Part shown: positions 45,985-55,780 of the stretch, one piece after another
Position numbering within the stretch: the first letter of the stretch is position 1
Layout of the letters: each line of letters starts with the position of its first letter
NCBI GenBank assembly: GCA_963929865.1
Contig: CAWVKK010000047.1
Coordinates: 11,055 to 75,054 of the forward strand
Direction: 5' to 3'
Source: an uncultured Eubacteriales bacterium
GTDB taxonomy: Bacteria; Bacillota; Clostridia; Lachnospirales; Lachnospiraceae
DNA: 64,000 nucleotides
Notes under the pieces: generated by a model
Databases searched by the model: none
What the model was told of the DNA's origin: nothing
What the model saw: the letters and a program-made list of their open reading frames with translations, nothing else
Translations under genes and position numbers: made by a program

Positions 45985-46347
45985 ATGAATTTTGCAAATA
46001 ATTTAAAAAATCTTCGTCAAAGCCGTCATTTGACGCAGGAAGCTCTCGCGCGTTATTTAAACGTCACACGTCCGACTATTGCCGGATATGAGACAAAAAA
46101 TAAGCAGCCCGACTACGATAAGCTGCAAAAAATTGCGGAATATTTCGACGTGTCCATCGACTATCTTTTAACTGGAAACGAAAACACGGTTCTTTTAGAA
46201 AACGCAAAGCTGAGCGACCCTTCCTTGTCTTTGCAGTTTGAGAAAAATCTTATGAAATATTTTTCTCAGTTAAGCCCCTCCTCTAAGCAGGAACTTGTCA
46301 ATTTCAGCAAGTTTTTATATTTGCAGGAGCATGGCCGTCTAAGATAG
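45985..46347 (+). CDS. XRE-family helix-turn-helix transcriptional regulator
   Basis: MNFANNLKNLRQSRHLTQEALARYLNVTRPTIAGYETKNKQPDYDKLQKIAEYFDVSIDYLL. AAGGAG RBS at 45972-45977. The track ORF starting at 45862 is over-extended. Confidence 0.88.
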   Translation: MNFANNLKNLRQSRHLTQEALARYLNVTRPTIAGYETKNKQPDYDKLQKIAEYFDVSIDYLLTGNENTVLLENAKLSDPSLSLQFEKNLMKYFSQLSPSSKQELVNFSKFLYLQEHGRLR

Positions 46348-46403
46348 CCGAACCGGCGCACGCTTCCTGTCTTTCTGACCGCTCTGCGCGCGCCCTTGCT
46401 TCT

Positions 46404-47030
46404 CTACATCTGATATAAAATGGCGTTGCAGATGCAAGCCGCGATATTGCTTCCCCCTTTTCGTCCTCTTGCCACGATGTAAGGGACGGAGGTTTCCATA
46501 ATCAGCTCTTTTGACTGTACGACATTGACAAAGCCAACCGGCGCTCCGATAATCAGTTCCGGTTTTATGCCGTCTTCTCGGATCAATTCATAGAGGCGCA
46601 CCAGAGCGGTAGGCGCGTTTCCGATTGCGAAGATCAGCGGCTTTTTAAGACGCGCCGCTTTTTCCATGCACACGGTCGCTCTTGTCGTTCCGCGTTTTTT
46701 CGCCTCCTGTGCCACGTCCTCGTCCGACATAAAGCAGTACACCTCTCCTCCGTATCTCGAGAGCACGCGCTTGTTGATGCCGGCTTTTGCCATCTGCGTA
46801 TCGGTCACAATGCACGCCCCTTTTCTGACCGCGTCCATCGCCTTTTGCACGGCATGTTCGGAAAAGCAGAGGCTGTCTGCATACTCAAAATCTGCGCTTG
46901 TGTGGATGCAGCGTTTTATAATCATTTCCTGATCCTTTGCGAACGTGCGCCCTCCCAGTTCCTGTGAAATAATCTCAAAGCTTCTTTTTTCGATTTCTTT
47001 TGGCTCTACTCTTTCTAATTCTACTCTCAT
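46404..47030 (-). CDS. cbiC: Cobalt-precorrin-8 methylmutase
   Basis: EIEKRSFEIISQELG...IKRCIHTSADFEY...FAIGNAPTAL. Start is MRVELE at 47030. Confidence 0.92.
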   Translation of the reverse strand: MRVELERVEPKEIEKRSFEIISQELGGRTFAKDQEMIIKRCIHTSADFEYADSLCFSEHAVQKAMDAVRKGACIVTDTQMAKAGINKRVLSRYGGEVYCFMSDEDVAQEAKKRGTTRATVCMEKAARLKKPLIFAIGNAPTALVRLYELIREDGIKPELIIGAPVGFVNVVQSKELIMETSVPYIVARGRKGGSNIAACICNAILYQM

Positions 47031-47034
47031 TTTT

Positions 47035-48546
47035 TCACCCTTTCGCATTTAAAATGCGGTAAATTGCCTCCATGTCCAGATGCTTCCTCATCTCTTCTGC
47101 CAGACGGTCATACTGCATCTCTTTAAAGACTGCAAAGTCCATCCCTGTCATCTGTGCCGTATCGAGTCCTTTTCTTTTTCCAAGCGCCGTCACAATTCCT
47201 TTTGCCACAGCCTCACGGTCAAAAATTCCATGCACATAGCTGCCATAGACGTTTCCCGCCTGCGCTCCTTCTGTCTTCTCCTGTGAAGATCCCGTGCCGT
47301 CCTGTATCGCCGTCAGTTTCTTGGCGCCCTCTTCCAGTTTAGAACTGCCCATGTGAATTTCATATCCTTCCAAAGCGACTCCGCTCAGCCCGCAGAGCGC
47401 TCCCTCCACATCCTGAAAGCTTCCGCTTACTCTTGTCCTTGTCTTATCTTTTTCAAAGACTGTATCCATCGGGAGCAGTCCCATCCCTTTCATCTCTCCT
47501 CCTGCTTCCACATGATAGGGATCCTTTAATGTTTTTCCAAGCATCTGGTATCCTCCGCACACGCCGTAAATGACCTTTCCCGCCGCAGCCGCTTTCAGGA
47601 CGGCCGCCTCCAGTCCGTTTTGGCGCATCCATAAAAGATCCTCCATCGTATTTTTTGTTCCCGGAAGAATGATCATATCCGGATCTTTCAGCTCCGAAAC
47701 GCTGTGTACATACCGGAGCGAGACTCCCTTTATATTCTCGAACGGATTAAAATCGGTAAAATTTGAAATTCTCGGAACGCGGATCACCGCAATGTCAATG
47801 AGATCCGCCTCCCTCTTTTGATCGAGGCGTTCCGTCAGGCTGTCCTCGTCTTCTAATTCTATGTGCAGATACGGCGTCACTCCCACGACGGGAATGCCGC
47901 AGCGTTTCTCCAGCATTTCGATTCCCGGATCCAAAATGGTTTTATCTCCGCGGAATTTATTGATAATCAGCCCTTTGATCCGCGCTCTCTCTTCCTCCTC
48001 TAAGAGCATGACCGTTCCGACAAGCTGTGCAAAAACGCCGCCCCTGTCGATATCGCCCACAAGGAGAACGGGCGCGTCTGCCATCTGCGCCATTCCCATA
48101 TTGACGATGTCCTCTGACTTTAAGTTGATTTCCGCTGGACTTCCCGCCCCTTCTATCACAATGATGTCGCTGCTCTCTTCGAGCTTGCGGTATGCGCGCC
48201 GGATATCGGGAATCAGTTTTTTCTTGTAGGCAAAATATTCCCGCGCGCTCATGTTCCCGATCACCTCGCCGTTGACGATCACCTGGGATCCGACGTCATT
48301 CGTTGGTTTGAGCAGAATGGGATTCATCAGGACAGACGGCTTGATTCCTGCGGCCTCAGCCTGCATGACCTGCGCTCTTCCCATTTCTAACCCCTCTTCT
48401 GTGATAAAAGAATTCAGGGCCATATTCTGGGACTTAAACGGCGCCACCCGGTATCCGTCCTGTTTAAAAATTCTGCACAGCCCTGCCGCAAGCAGACTTT
48501 TCCCTGCATTTGACATCGTTCCCTGAATCATAATTGACTTTGCCAT
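47035..48546 (-). CDS. cbiP: Cobyric acid synthase
   Basis: [13 protein letters not shown]...[12 protein letters not shown] and a C-terminal GATase (CGGYQMLG). Start MAKSIM at 48546 lies 10 nt after AGGAGG. Confidence 0.95.
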   Translation of the reverse strand: MAKSIMIQGTMSNAGKSLLAAGLCRIFKQDGYRVAPFKSQNMALNSFITEEGLEMGRAQVMQAEAAGIKPSVLMNPILLKPTNDVGSQVIVNGEVIGNMSAREYFAYKKKLIPDIRRAYRKLEESSDIIVIEGAGSPAEINLKSEDIVNMGMAQMADAPVLLVGDIDRGGVFAQLVGTVMLLEEEERARIKGLIINKFRGDKTILDPGIEMLEKRCGIPVVGVTPYLHIELEDEDSLTERLDQKREADLIDIAVIRVPRISNFTDFNPFENIKGVSLRYVHSVSELKDPDMIILPGTKNTMEDLLWMRQNGLEAAVLKAAAAGKVIYGVCGGYQMLGKTLKDPYHVEAGGEMKGMGLLPMDTVFEKDKTRTRVSGSFQDVEGALCGLSGVALEGYEIHMGSSKLEEGAKKLTAIQDGTGSSQEKTEGAQAGNVYGSYVHGIFDREAVAKGIVTALGKRKGLDTAQMTGMDFAVFKEMQYDRLAEEMRKHLDMEAIYRILNAKG

Positions 48547-48560
48547 TTTTCCCATGCCTC

Positions 48561-49604
48561 CTATTCGTTTTTTGCTGCTTCCATACAGGCGATCAGCTTT
48601 TCGTTTTCCTCATGCCTGCGCACCGCGGCCCGGTAATATCCGGGCTGCAGTCCCTCATAATTGCTGCAGTCCCGAATAAGCATGCCCTGTTTTTTGCAGA
48701 TCTGCGCCAGGTCTGCCGGACCTTTAAAAAAAAGATAATTGGCCTTGGAGCCAAACACCTGCATACCCATCTGCTCGATCTGCCGTCTCATCCATTTCTT
48801 CTCTTCGCTGATCCATCTTCTCGTCTGCTCGACGAAAGCGTCCTCCTCCAGCGCCGCTGCCCCGGCAAACTGTGCCGGAACGGAGATGTTCCACGGCTGC
48901 ACGATCTCTCCCATCTTTTCAATCAGCGCCTCATTCGAACAGACCCCATATCCCAGGCGCAGACCAGGCATAGCGTAAATTTTTGTGAAGGCCTTTAAAA
49001 TCATCAGATTGTCATATTCCCTTACCTTTGGAAGCATTGTGTAGCGCTGCGGATCATCCAGAAATTCATTAAAACATTCATCCAGCACTACAAACGTCCC
49101 ATACTTTCGGCACCTGTTTAAAATCTCTTCTAAAAGCTCCGGTTCCGTCAGCTGTCCGGTCGGATTGTTTGGATTGCATAAAAATACAAGATCTGTATCC
49201 GGACCGATCCGGTCCAGGTACGCTGTCCCAATCTGAAATTCCTTTTTTTCCTCAAGAAGATAAGATTCCGCCGCTCCTCCGAATACCTGGACAGCATGTT
49301 CATATTCTGCAAATCCCGGAGCCGTCACCAATGTTTTTGCCGGCTTGAGCGCGTGGACGACAGAGAAGATGACTTCTGCGGCTCCATTGCCGAAAATCAG
49401 ATATTCTTTTGGCATCTGTATTTTTTCTGAGAGCTTCTTCTTTAAATCTCTGCACGAAATATCGGGATAGCTGACAGCAGCCTCCACTCCGTCGCACGCC
49501 GCTTTTTTTACGCTCTGCGGCATCCCAAAAGGATTGATATTCGCCGAAAAATCGATCTTGCACGGCTCTGAATAAATATCTCCTCCATGTTTATGCATCT
49601 GCAT
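48561..49604 (-). CDS. cobD: Threonine-phosphate decarboxylase (CobD, aminotransferase class I/II family)
   Basis: HGGDIY...[37 protein letters not shown] (PLP Lys). Confidence 0.85.
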   Translation of the reverse strand: MQMHKHGGDIYSEPCKIDFSANINPFGMPQSVKKAACDGVEAAVSYPDISCRDLKKKLSEKIQMPKEYLIFGNGAAEVIFSVVHALKPAKTLVTAPGFAEYEHAVQVFGGAAESYLLEEKKEFQIGTAYLDRIGPDTDLVFLCNPNNPTGQLTEPELLEEILNRCRKYGTFVVLDECFNEFLDDPQRYTMLPKVREYDNLMILKAFTKIYAMPGLRLGYGVCSNEALIEKMGEIVQPWNISVPAQFAGAAALEEDAFVEQTRRWISEEKKWMRRQIEQMGMQVFGSKANYLFFKGPADLAQICKKQGMLIRDCSNYEGLQPGYYRAAVRRHEENEKLIACMEAAKNE

Positions 49605-49656
49605 GTTCTTTCCCTCTCTTTACCTGATCATTTTGCACGCGGTACCGGAGCCGAGG

Positions 49657-50628
49657 CTAGCGGAGCGCAAAAAAAATACAAAATCGGACGGCTCCAAATA
49701 CGAGCAGCGTCAAAAAGGATGTCACATAGAGCAGCCGGTTGGCGCGCCGGATATCTTCGTTTTCGACCGGGCGGTCCGGATCTCCTATCGTTTTCTTTTT
49801 GTGAAGCTTTCCAAAATACCATGCGTCCCCCGCCAGCTGAACGTGGAGCGCTCCTGCCATCACCGCCTCTGTGTGCGCAGAATTGGGACTGGCATGGTTT
49901 GCGCGGTCTCTTTTGTAAATCCGATGCGCTTCTTTGGCGTCAAGCCCTGCCGGCGCAGCGGAAAGGATCATCATCCACGCTGAAATTCTTGCCGGAATAT
50001 AATTGAGTACGTCGTCGAGTCTGGCGGCTGCGCGCCCGAAATAGAGATATCGGTCATTTTTGTATCCCACCATGGAATCCATCGTATTGACTGCTTTGTA
50101 AAAAAATCCCAGCACCGGTCCGCCGATCAGCATAAAGAGCATCGGCGCCAGAATGCCGTCCGACGTGTTTTCCGCCACCGTCTCCACCGCCGCCTTTATC
50201 ACTCCTGTCTCATCCAGGTTTTGAGTGTCCCGCCCCACTATCATGGAAACGGCGCGGCGTCCTCCCTCCAGATCGTTTTCTTTCAGCCGCCGATACACCT
50301 TCATGCTTTCCTCTTTTAATGATTTTGTCGCTAAAAGCTGATAGCACATGACGGCTTCCAGCGCAAGCCTTACCGCAGGATGTATGAGAGATGCCAGATA
50401 CAGCAGTCCCGCCGCCGCTGCCGCAGTGATTCCTGACGTCAAAATTACAAGGACGGCTCCAGCTGCAAGCTCTGCCTTGTGTGTCTTTGGAAAAATCAAG
50501 CGCAGTCTCTTTTCCAGAAAACTGATCAGATTTCCCACCAGCCGGACCGGATGATACAGCCAGTGCGGGTCTCCGATGAGAAGATCCAGTGCGTATCCCG
50601 CTGTCAGTGCAAGTAAAATTTCATCCAT
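49657..50628 (-). CDS. cbiB: Adenosylcobinamide-phosphate synthase
   Basis: LLIGDPHWLYHPVRLVG, a polytopic membrane protein. Probable start is MDEILL at 50628. Confidence 0.92.
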   Translation of the reverse strand: MDEILLALTAGYALDLLIGDPHWLYHPVRLVGNLISFLEKRLRLIFPKTHKAELAAGAVLVILTSGITAAAAAGLLYLASLIHPAVRLALEAVMCYQLLATKSLKEESMKVYRRLKENDLEGGRRAVSMIVGRDTQNLDETGVIKAAVETVAENTSDGILAPMLFMLIGGPVLGFFYKAVNTMDSMVGYKNDRYLYFGRAAARLDDVLNYIPARISAWMMILSAAPAGLDAKEAHRIYKRDRANHASPNSAHTEAVMAGALHVQLAGDAWYFGKLHKKKTIGDPDRPVENEDIRRANRLLYVTSFLTLLVFGAVRFCIFFALR

Positions 50629-51997
50629 TCTCCTTTTTTCCTTTCTGAAAGTTTTCACACGCTCTTAAAAATCTCTGCGCAGCTTTGGGGTTGGAATAGT
50701 AATAGAGGTGGGGAAAGCCTGCGATCATGGATTCCTCGCCGTGAATGCAGCTCCATTCCTTGCCTCTTAGCGGTTTTCTCGCAAAAAAATAGTCGCCGCA
50801 CGACGTGCTGTCAAAATAGTGAAACTCATGTGCCGCAATTGTCCCGACGTCTCTTCCGAGCATCTGTTCTTTTTGGGGCTGTATCTCAACGTATCCAAAT
50901 CTTGAGAGTTTCTTTGTCCGGTATGCCCTTCCTTCTATCACAGAAGCCATTTCCCAGGCTCTCCCCTCCATGTCCTCCATACTCTGATGCAGGTACATAA
51001 ATCCGCCGCACTCTGCCATGCAGGGCATTCCTGAGCGCACAGCCAGGCGGATATTCTCCCGCATCGTTTTGTTCTGACTCAGCTTTTGCGCAGCCAGCTC
51101 CGGATACCCTCCATATAAGAGCAGTCCGTCTGCCTTCTCTGGCAGCCGTGCGTCATGGATCGGAGAAAAGAAAGTCAAAACAGCTCCCATTTTTTCTAGC
51201 AATTCCAGATTTTCCCGGTATAAAAAGCAAAACGCTTCATCCCTCGCCACGGCTATCACAGGCTTTGATTTCAGATAGGGCAGCTCCATCCGGATCTCTT
51301 CTAATTCCTCCGCCTGTCCGGCAAGGGAAAGGATTCCGTCTAAATCAAGCGTCTCTTCGAGTTTCTCCGCCAGTTTTTCCAGCTTTTCATTGAGACTTTC
51401 AATTTCCTGCGGCATCACAAGACCTAAGTGCCTGCTCTCAAAAAAAAGCTCTTCCATCCTCGGCACATAGCCAAAGACAGAAATCGAAAGCTCTTCTTCT
51501 ATCTTTTTTTTCAGCTGCGGATACAGCATCGGAGAAATCTGGTTCAAAATAACGCCGCAGATGCCGCTGTCTTTTTTGTATTCGAGAAATCCTTTCAGAT
51601 AGGGGATCACAGACAGACTCATGCCTTTTGTGTTGACGACAAAAATAACCGGCGTCTTTGTCACTCTCGCCACATCGTAGGTGCTCGCCTTTGTATCCGT
51701 TCCTCCCAGCCCGTCATAATATCCCATCACGCCTTCGATCACGGAGATCTCCGTCCCTGCGGCATTTTGCTCCAGCAGATACCGTGTCGTCTCCTCCCCT
51801 GTAAAAAAGGTGTCAAGGTTTCTCGCCTTTGTCCCGATGACTCTCGCGTGAAACATAGGGTCGATGTAATCCGGTCCGCACTTAAACGACGAAACCTTTT
51901 TCCCCCGTCTGCACAGCGCTTTTAAAATCCCGCAGGTAATCAGCGTCTTTCCGCTTCCGCTTGCACCTGCCGCGATCAGAAATCTCGGTATTTTCAC
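50621..51997 (-). CDS. cbiA: Cobyrinate a,c-diamide synthase
   Basis: (V)KIPRFLIAAGASGSGKT, FKCGPDYIDP, and a C-terminal GATase (AECGGFMYL). The GTG start at 51995-51997 follows GGGAGGTGG and forms a GTGA overlap with the upstream stop. Confidence 0.92.
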   Translation of the reverse strand: MKIPRFLIAAGASGSGKTLITCGILKALCRRGKKVSSFKCGPDYIDPMFHARVIGTKARNLDTFFTGEETTRYLLEQNAAGTEISVIEGVMGYYDGLGGTDTKASTYDVARVTKTPVIFVVNTKGMSLSVIPYLKGFLEYKKDSGICGVILNQISPMLYPQLKKKIEEELSISVFGYVPRMEELFFESRHLGLVMPQEIESLNEKLEKLAEKLEETLDLDGILSLAGQAEELEEIRMELPYLKSKPVIAVARDEAFCFLYRENLELLEKMGAVLTFFSPIHDARLPEKADGLLLYGGYPELAAQKLSQNKTMRENIRLAVRSGMPCMAECGGFMYLHQSMEDMEGRAWEMASVIEGRAYRTKKLSRFGYVEIQPQKEQMLGRDVGTIAAHEFHYFDSTSCGDYFFARKPLRGKEWSCIHGEESMIAGFPHLYYYSNPKAAQRFLRACENFQKGKKENG

Positions 51998-53967
51998 GCT
52001 TGTCCACCTCCCGTGAAGGAGAAGATAAACACAGGGTTTAATCCTGTCATCATATGATAGCTGCCCGCCTTTTTTGACTTTCCAATGCACGCCTGCACAA
52101 TCTCTTCCTCTGAAAGCGGAAGCTCTTTGAGACACGTTATCACTTCCGCGATGGTCTCCGCCGCGATGGCGTTGACGACAATCCGGATTTTTTCATTTTT
52201 TTCCAGAAGCATTGTCAAGATTTCTTTCATATTTCCCGAAGAGCCTCCGATAAAGGCATGGGTCGGAACCGGGAGAGCGCGGAGAGCTTCCGGCGCCAGC
52301 CCTTCAATCACTTCGAGATTGTCCGCCGCAAACTTCTTTTTATTTTTTAAGATCAGCTCCACCGCCTCTTTTTTCTTTTCGACGGCGTATACTTTTCCTT
52401 CCCTCGCCTGGAGCGCCATCTCCACGGAAACAGAGCCTGTTCCGGCTCCGATATCATAGATCACGGAATCTTTTCTCAGTCTGAGCTTAGATAAAGAGAT
52501 ACTCCGGATTTCTTCTTTTGTCATAGGCACTTTTTCTCTGAGAAATTCTTCATCTGAAATTCCGTGCGTGACTGTCAGGTCTTCTTTTTTTCTCTCAAGC
52601 AGCATTGCGCTGAGCGGCGCAAATTCCATTTCCGCCAGCTCCTGCGGACTTCCCGACACAATCCGTTCTTCCGGGTAAGACAGATATTCTCCGACCGAAA
52701 TCTTCGTGTCCTTCATCCCATAATCCAGCAGTTTTTTACAGACCTCTGAGACGGTGTCTTTTGTCCCGCTCAGCGCAAACACCTTTCCATATTCCTGCAA
52801 AGCCGGGATAATATTCTGCTGTGTGCCGTGGAGGCTGAGCAGTCTGGCGTCATCCCACGGCGTTTTGAGCCGGGCGCACAGCGCCGCCACGGACGAGATT
52901 CCCGGATACGTGCGGATTGTGTGTCCCTTCAGGCAGTCAAACAGCCGCTTTGCCCCGCTGTAAAATCCCAGGTCGCCCGACAGAAGAACAGCCGCATTCT
53001 CATATTCGGGATGGCTCTCGATATATCCAGTGATCGCTTCTGCCCGGTATTCGCGAAAAACCGGTTTCTCCAGATCGCAAAACGTCTCCACCATCCTCCC
53101 CGCGCCGATCAGGACGTCAGATGCTTTCACCGCTTCCAGCGCTTCCAGCGTTATATTTTTTCTGCCGCCCATCCCGATTCCCACAAGAGAAATCTGATGT
53201 CTGACTTTCTTTCCCGCTTTTTCCACAATCATCTTTTTTACCTGCTCAAGCAGCAGACCTTCCTCTTCTCTTGGCCGCCCGATCAGCACTGTCTTTGCGC
53301 CTGCTTTTTTTGCCGCGCGGATCTTTTCTTGAAATCCACCTGCTTTTCCGGACTCTTTTGTGACGAGATACGCAGCGTTTACCTGCCGCATCATCGCCAC
53401 ATTCATTTCTTCGCTGAAAGGTCCCTGCATACCGATCAGATGACGCCCTGTGATTCCCATCTGCGCGCACGCCGCTATGACGTCGGGGGCGGAGAGCACT
53501 CTCGCATAGATCCTCTCCCGATACCCTTCGATTCCTGTAAATTTAGATAATTCCTTGCTCCCCGTCGTGACCAGGATATTGCCGCTTGTCGTCTTGAGAA
53601 ATTCCGCCGCTGCCTCCACAGAATCTGTGACGATAACATCCTCTTTGTCGTCGATGGAGATAGAGGAGCGCAGCAGTCTCTGGCAGAAGACATTTCTATT
53701 TTTGCATGCCCATGCAATATTCTCCGACACTTCCACCGCATACGGATGCGTCGCGTCTACCACAAAATCGATGTTTTCTCTTTTCATCAGTTCTTCCATC
53801 TCATCCGCCGTCAGACGCCCTGTGTGAATCGTCAGATACCCGCTGGGTTCTATCAGCTCTTCCCCGTACTCCGTCGCCACGCAGACGTGGCAAAAAATCT
53901 GCTGTCTTCCAAGATATTGCGCCAGGCTGCGTCCTTCCGTCGTCCCGGCAAAAATCAGAATGTTCAT
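51994..53967 (-). CDS. Triple fusion CbiJ (cobalt-precorrin-6A reductase), CbiE and CbiT (cobalt-precorrin-6B/7 methyltransferases, decarboxylating)
   Basis: aa 1 to about 250: MNILIFAGTTEGR (CbiJ/CobK). aa about 258-455: ISLVGIGMGG...VLIGAGR (CbiE). aa about 466-657: PMTKEEIRSISLSKLRL...DIGAGTGSVSVE (CbiT). Confidence 0.9.
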   Translation of the reverse strand: MNILIFAGTTEGRSLAQYLGRQQIFCHVCVATEYGEELIEPSGYLTIHTGRLTADEMEELMKRENIDFVVDATHPYAVEVSENIAWACKNRNVFCQRLLRSSISIDDKEDVIVTDSVEAAAEFLKTTSGNILVTTGSKELSKFTGIEGYRERIYARVLSAPDVIAACAQMGITGRHLIGMQGPFSEEMNVAMMRQVNAAYLVTKESGKAGGFQEKIRAAKKAGAKTVLIGRPREEEGLLLEQVKKMIVEKAGKKVRHQISLVGIGMGGRKNITLEALEAVKASDVLIGAGRMVETFCDLEKPVFREYRAEAITGYIESHPEYENAAVLLSGDLGFYSGAKRLFDCLKGHTIRTYPGISSVAALCARLKTPWDDARLLSLHGTQQNIIPALQEYGKVFALSGTKDTVSEVCKKLLDYGMKDTKISVGEYLSYPEERIVSGSPQELAEMEFAPLSAMLLERKKEDLTVTHGISDEEFLREKVPMTKEEIRSISLSKLRLRKDSVIYDIGAGTGSVSVEMALQAREGKVYAVEKKKEAVELILKNKKKFAADNLEVIEGLAPEALRALPVPTHAFIGGSSGNMKEILTMLLEKNEKIRIVVNAIAAETIAEVITCLKELPLSEEEIVQACIGKSKKAGSYHMMTGLNPVFIFSFTGGGQA

Positions 53968-53980
53968 CTACGCTTCCTCT

Positions 53981-54718
53981 CTATTCTCTCTCGTATGTGT
54001 ATCCCCTTGGCGTAACCATTTTTCCTCTGACTGATTTTGTCTGAGAGTTCCCCACAAAGACAGTCGTAAACATGTCGACCTGCGTATCGCGCAGCTCTTT
54101 TAAGGTCATGACCTTTCGCTCCTCTTTATCGCGCCCGATATTTTTTACAAGCGCGCACACTGTTTCCGGCGCCTTTTTCTGCATAATCAGATCACACGCT
54201 TTCTGCAGATAATCGTGCCGCTTTTTGCTTGAAGGATTGTAAAGGCAGATGACAAAATCCGCCTCCGCTGCAAGGAGCAGGCGTCTTTCAATTTTCTCCC
54301 ATGGCGTCATGAGATCGCTCAGGCTGATCAGGGCAAAATCGTGAATCAGCGGAGCGCCCAAAACAGCCGCTCCTGCGACCGCTGCCGTCACGCCCGGCAC
54401 CATCTCCACTTCAATCTCCGGATAGCGTTCGCCGATCTCAAGCATCAGCCCTGACATGCCGTATACTCCTGCGTCGCCGCTGCAGATCATGGCCACTGTT
54501 TTCCCTTTTTTTGCCTCCTCAAACGCAAGGATACACCGGTCTGTCTCCTTTTTCATCGGTGTTGTCAGAAATTCTTTTCCCGCAAAATGTTCCTTTACGA
54601 GATCTACATATACCGTATATCCCACAATCACGTCGCATCGGTTCAAAGTATCGGCTGCGCGTATCGTCATCTGGTCATACGCTCCGGGACCGATTCCTAC
54701 TACATAAATTTTACTCAA
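53981..54718 (-). CDS. cbiH: Cobalt-factor III / precorrin-3B C17-methyltransferase
   Basis: (M)SKIYVVGIGPGAYDQMT, SGDAGVYGM. The likely TTG start at 54718 forms a TTGA overlap with the cbiG stop and follows a GGAG RBS. The track start is 54733. Confidence 0.9.
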   Translation of the reverse strand: MSKIYVVGIGPGAYDQMTIRAADTLNRCDVIVGYTVYVDLVKEHFAGKEFLTTPMKKETDRCILAFEEAKKGKTVAMICSGDAGVYGMSGLMLEIGERYPEIEVEMVPGVTAAVAGAAVLGAPLIHDFALISLSDLMTPWEKIERRLLLAAEADFVICLYNPSSKKRHDYLQKACDLIMQKKAPETVCALVKNIGRDKEERKVMTLKELRDTQVDMFTTVFVGNSQTKSVRGKMVTPRGYTYERE

Positions 54719-55779
54719 AATTCCACACTCCAATCTTTTACTGCCGCGGCAACTGTCACGCCGTCTTTTGCCTTTTTTCTCAGGATCAGTCTTCCCCCGC
54801 CGCTTCCAAGGACAGCGCTCCTCTCACATACGTTTGAGACGCCCGCAACTTTTTTTACAAATTCCGACTCAGAAAACTCTCCTTTTGCCTGTTCCAGCTC
54901 TTCCTTTGAAAAAACCTCAAACGGAATCTGCCGTTTTCTGCAGAACTGCAGGATGCCTTCTTCCTCTTTTTTCAGCTCAATGCTGCATACCCTTTCGACG
55001 CTTTCCGGCGCAATTTTTTGTATGCTCAGCGCCTCCTCCACAGCACTTTCAATGTCCTGTTCCGGGATTCCTCTGCGGCATCCGATTCCCAAAACCACTG
55101 TCTTCGGGATCAGATGCAGCGTCTTTTTAAACGGTCTTGTATCCGTGTAAATCGTCACATGAATCCCGTGCGGGATCGTCTCCCGTCCTTGCCCGCCGTC
55201 TTCTCTTTTTTGCTGCGTCAATTCCGCCGGAATGTTTCCTTTTACCGGAAAATCTGATAAAAACCCTACTGTTTTTCCGTCGAGAAAGTCCGCCGCTATT
55301 TTTTTTGCCAGCGCCATTTCTTTGATTTCCATATGATTTTTTACGGCAAAGACATCGACGGCAAGCTTTCTGTTTAAGTCTGTCGCCGTCGTCACGACGG
55401 GGATGCTCCCTAAATGCTCTGCCATCAAAAGCGTCCATTCATTTGCTCCTCCGATGTGGCCTGACAGAAGAGAGATCACAAAGGCTGCCTTCTCATCGAC
55501 AACCACAACGGCAGGATCTGTCTTTTTGTCCTTCACAAACGGAGCGATGCTTCTGACGGCAATCCCTGCAGCGCCTACAAAAACAAGGAGATCCGCCTCT
55601 TTAAACTTCTCTTTTGTCCATTCCCCAAGCGGTCTGTCAAGCGGCTCGATTCCGCTTTTTTCTGCGTACCGCGCCACCGCGTACGCTTCTGTGCGCACCC
55701 CTTGTTTTTCCAGAAATTCCGCTGTCTTTTTGCAGATGCCGCTTCCGTTTCCGGAAAAGGCAATACAAGCCGCTCTCAT
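54715..55779 (-). CDS. cbiG: Cobalt-precorrin-5A hydrolase
   Basis: Domain order typical of CbiG: IAVRSIAPFVKDK, then VLGIGCRRG...VCSIELKK. Confidence 0.9.
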   Translation of the reverse strand: MRAACIAFSGNGSGICKKTAEFLEKQGVRTEAYAVARYAEKSGIEPLDRPLGEWTKEKFKEADLLVFVGAAGIAVRSIAPFVKDKKTDPAVVVVDEKAAFVISLLSGHIGGANEWTLLMAEHLGSIPVVTTATDLNRKLAVDVFAVKNHMEIKEMALAKKIAADFLDGKTVGFLSDFPVKGNIPAELTQQKREDGGQGRETIPHGIHVTIYTDTRPFKKTLHLIPKTVVLGIGCRRGIPEQDIESAVEEALSIQKIAPESVERVCSIELKKEEEGILQFCRKRQIPFEVFSKEELEQAKGEFSESEFVKKVAGVSNVCERSAVLGSGGGRLILRKKAKDGVTVAAAVKDWSVEF

Positions 55780-55780
55780 C

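Noticed and set aside
29254-46403. Mobile-element signatures (integrase, transposase, tRNA target, flanking direct repeats) at the borders of the T7SS block
   Set aside because: None of the ORFs at or near either border resemble recombinases. I could not find matching border repeats by eye, so the block is not called a mobile element.
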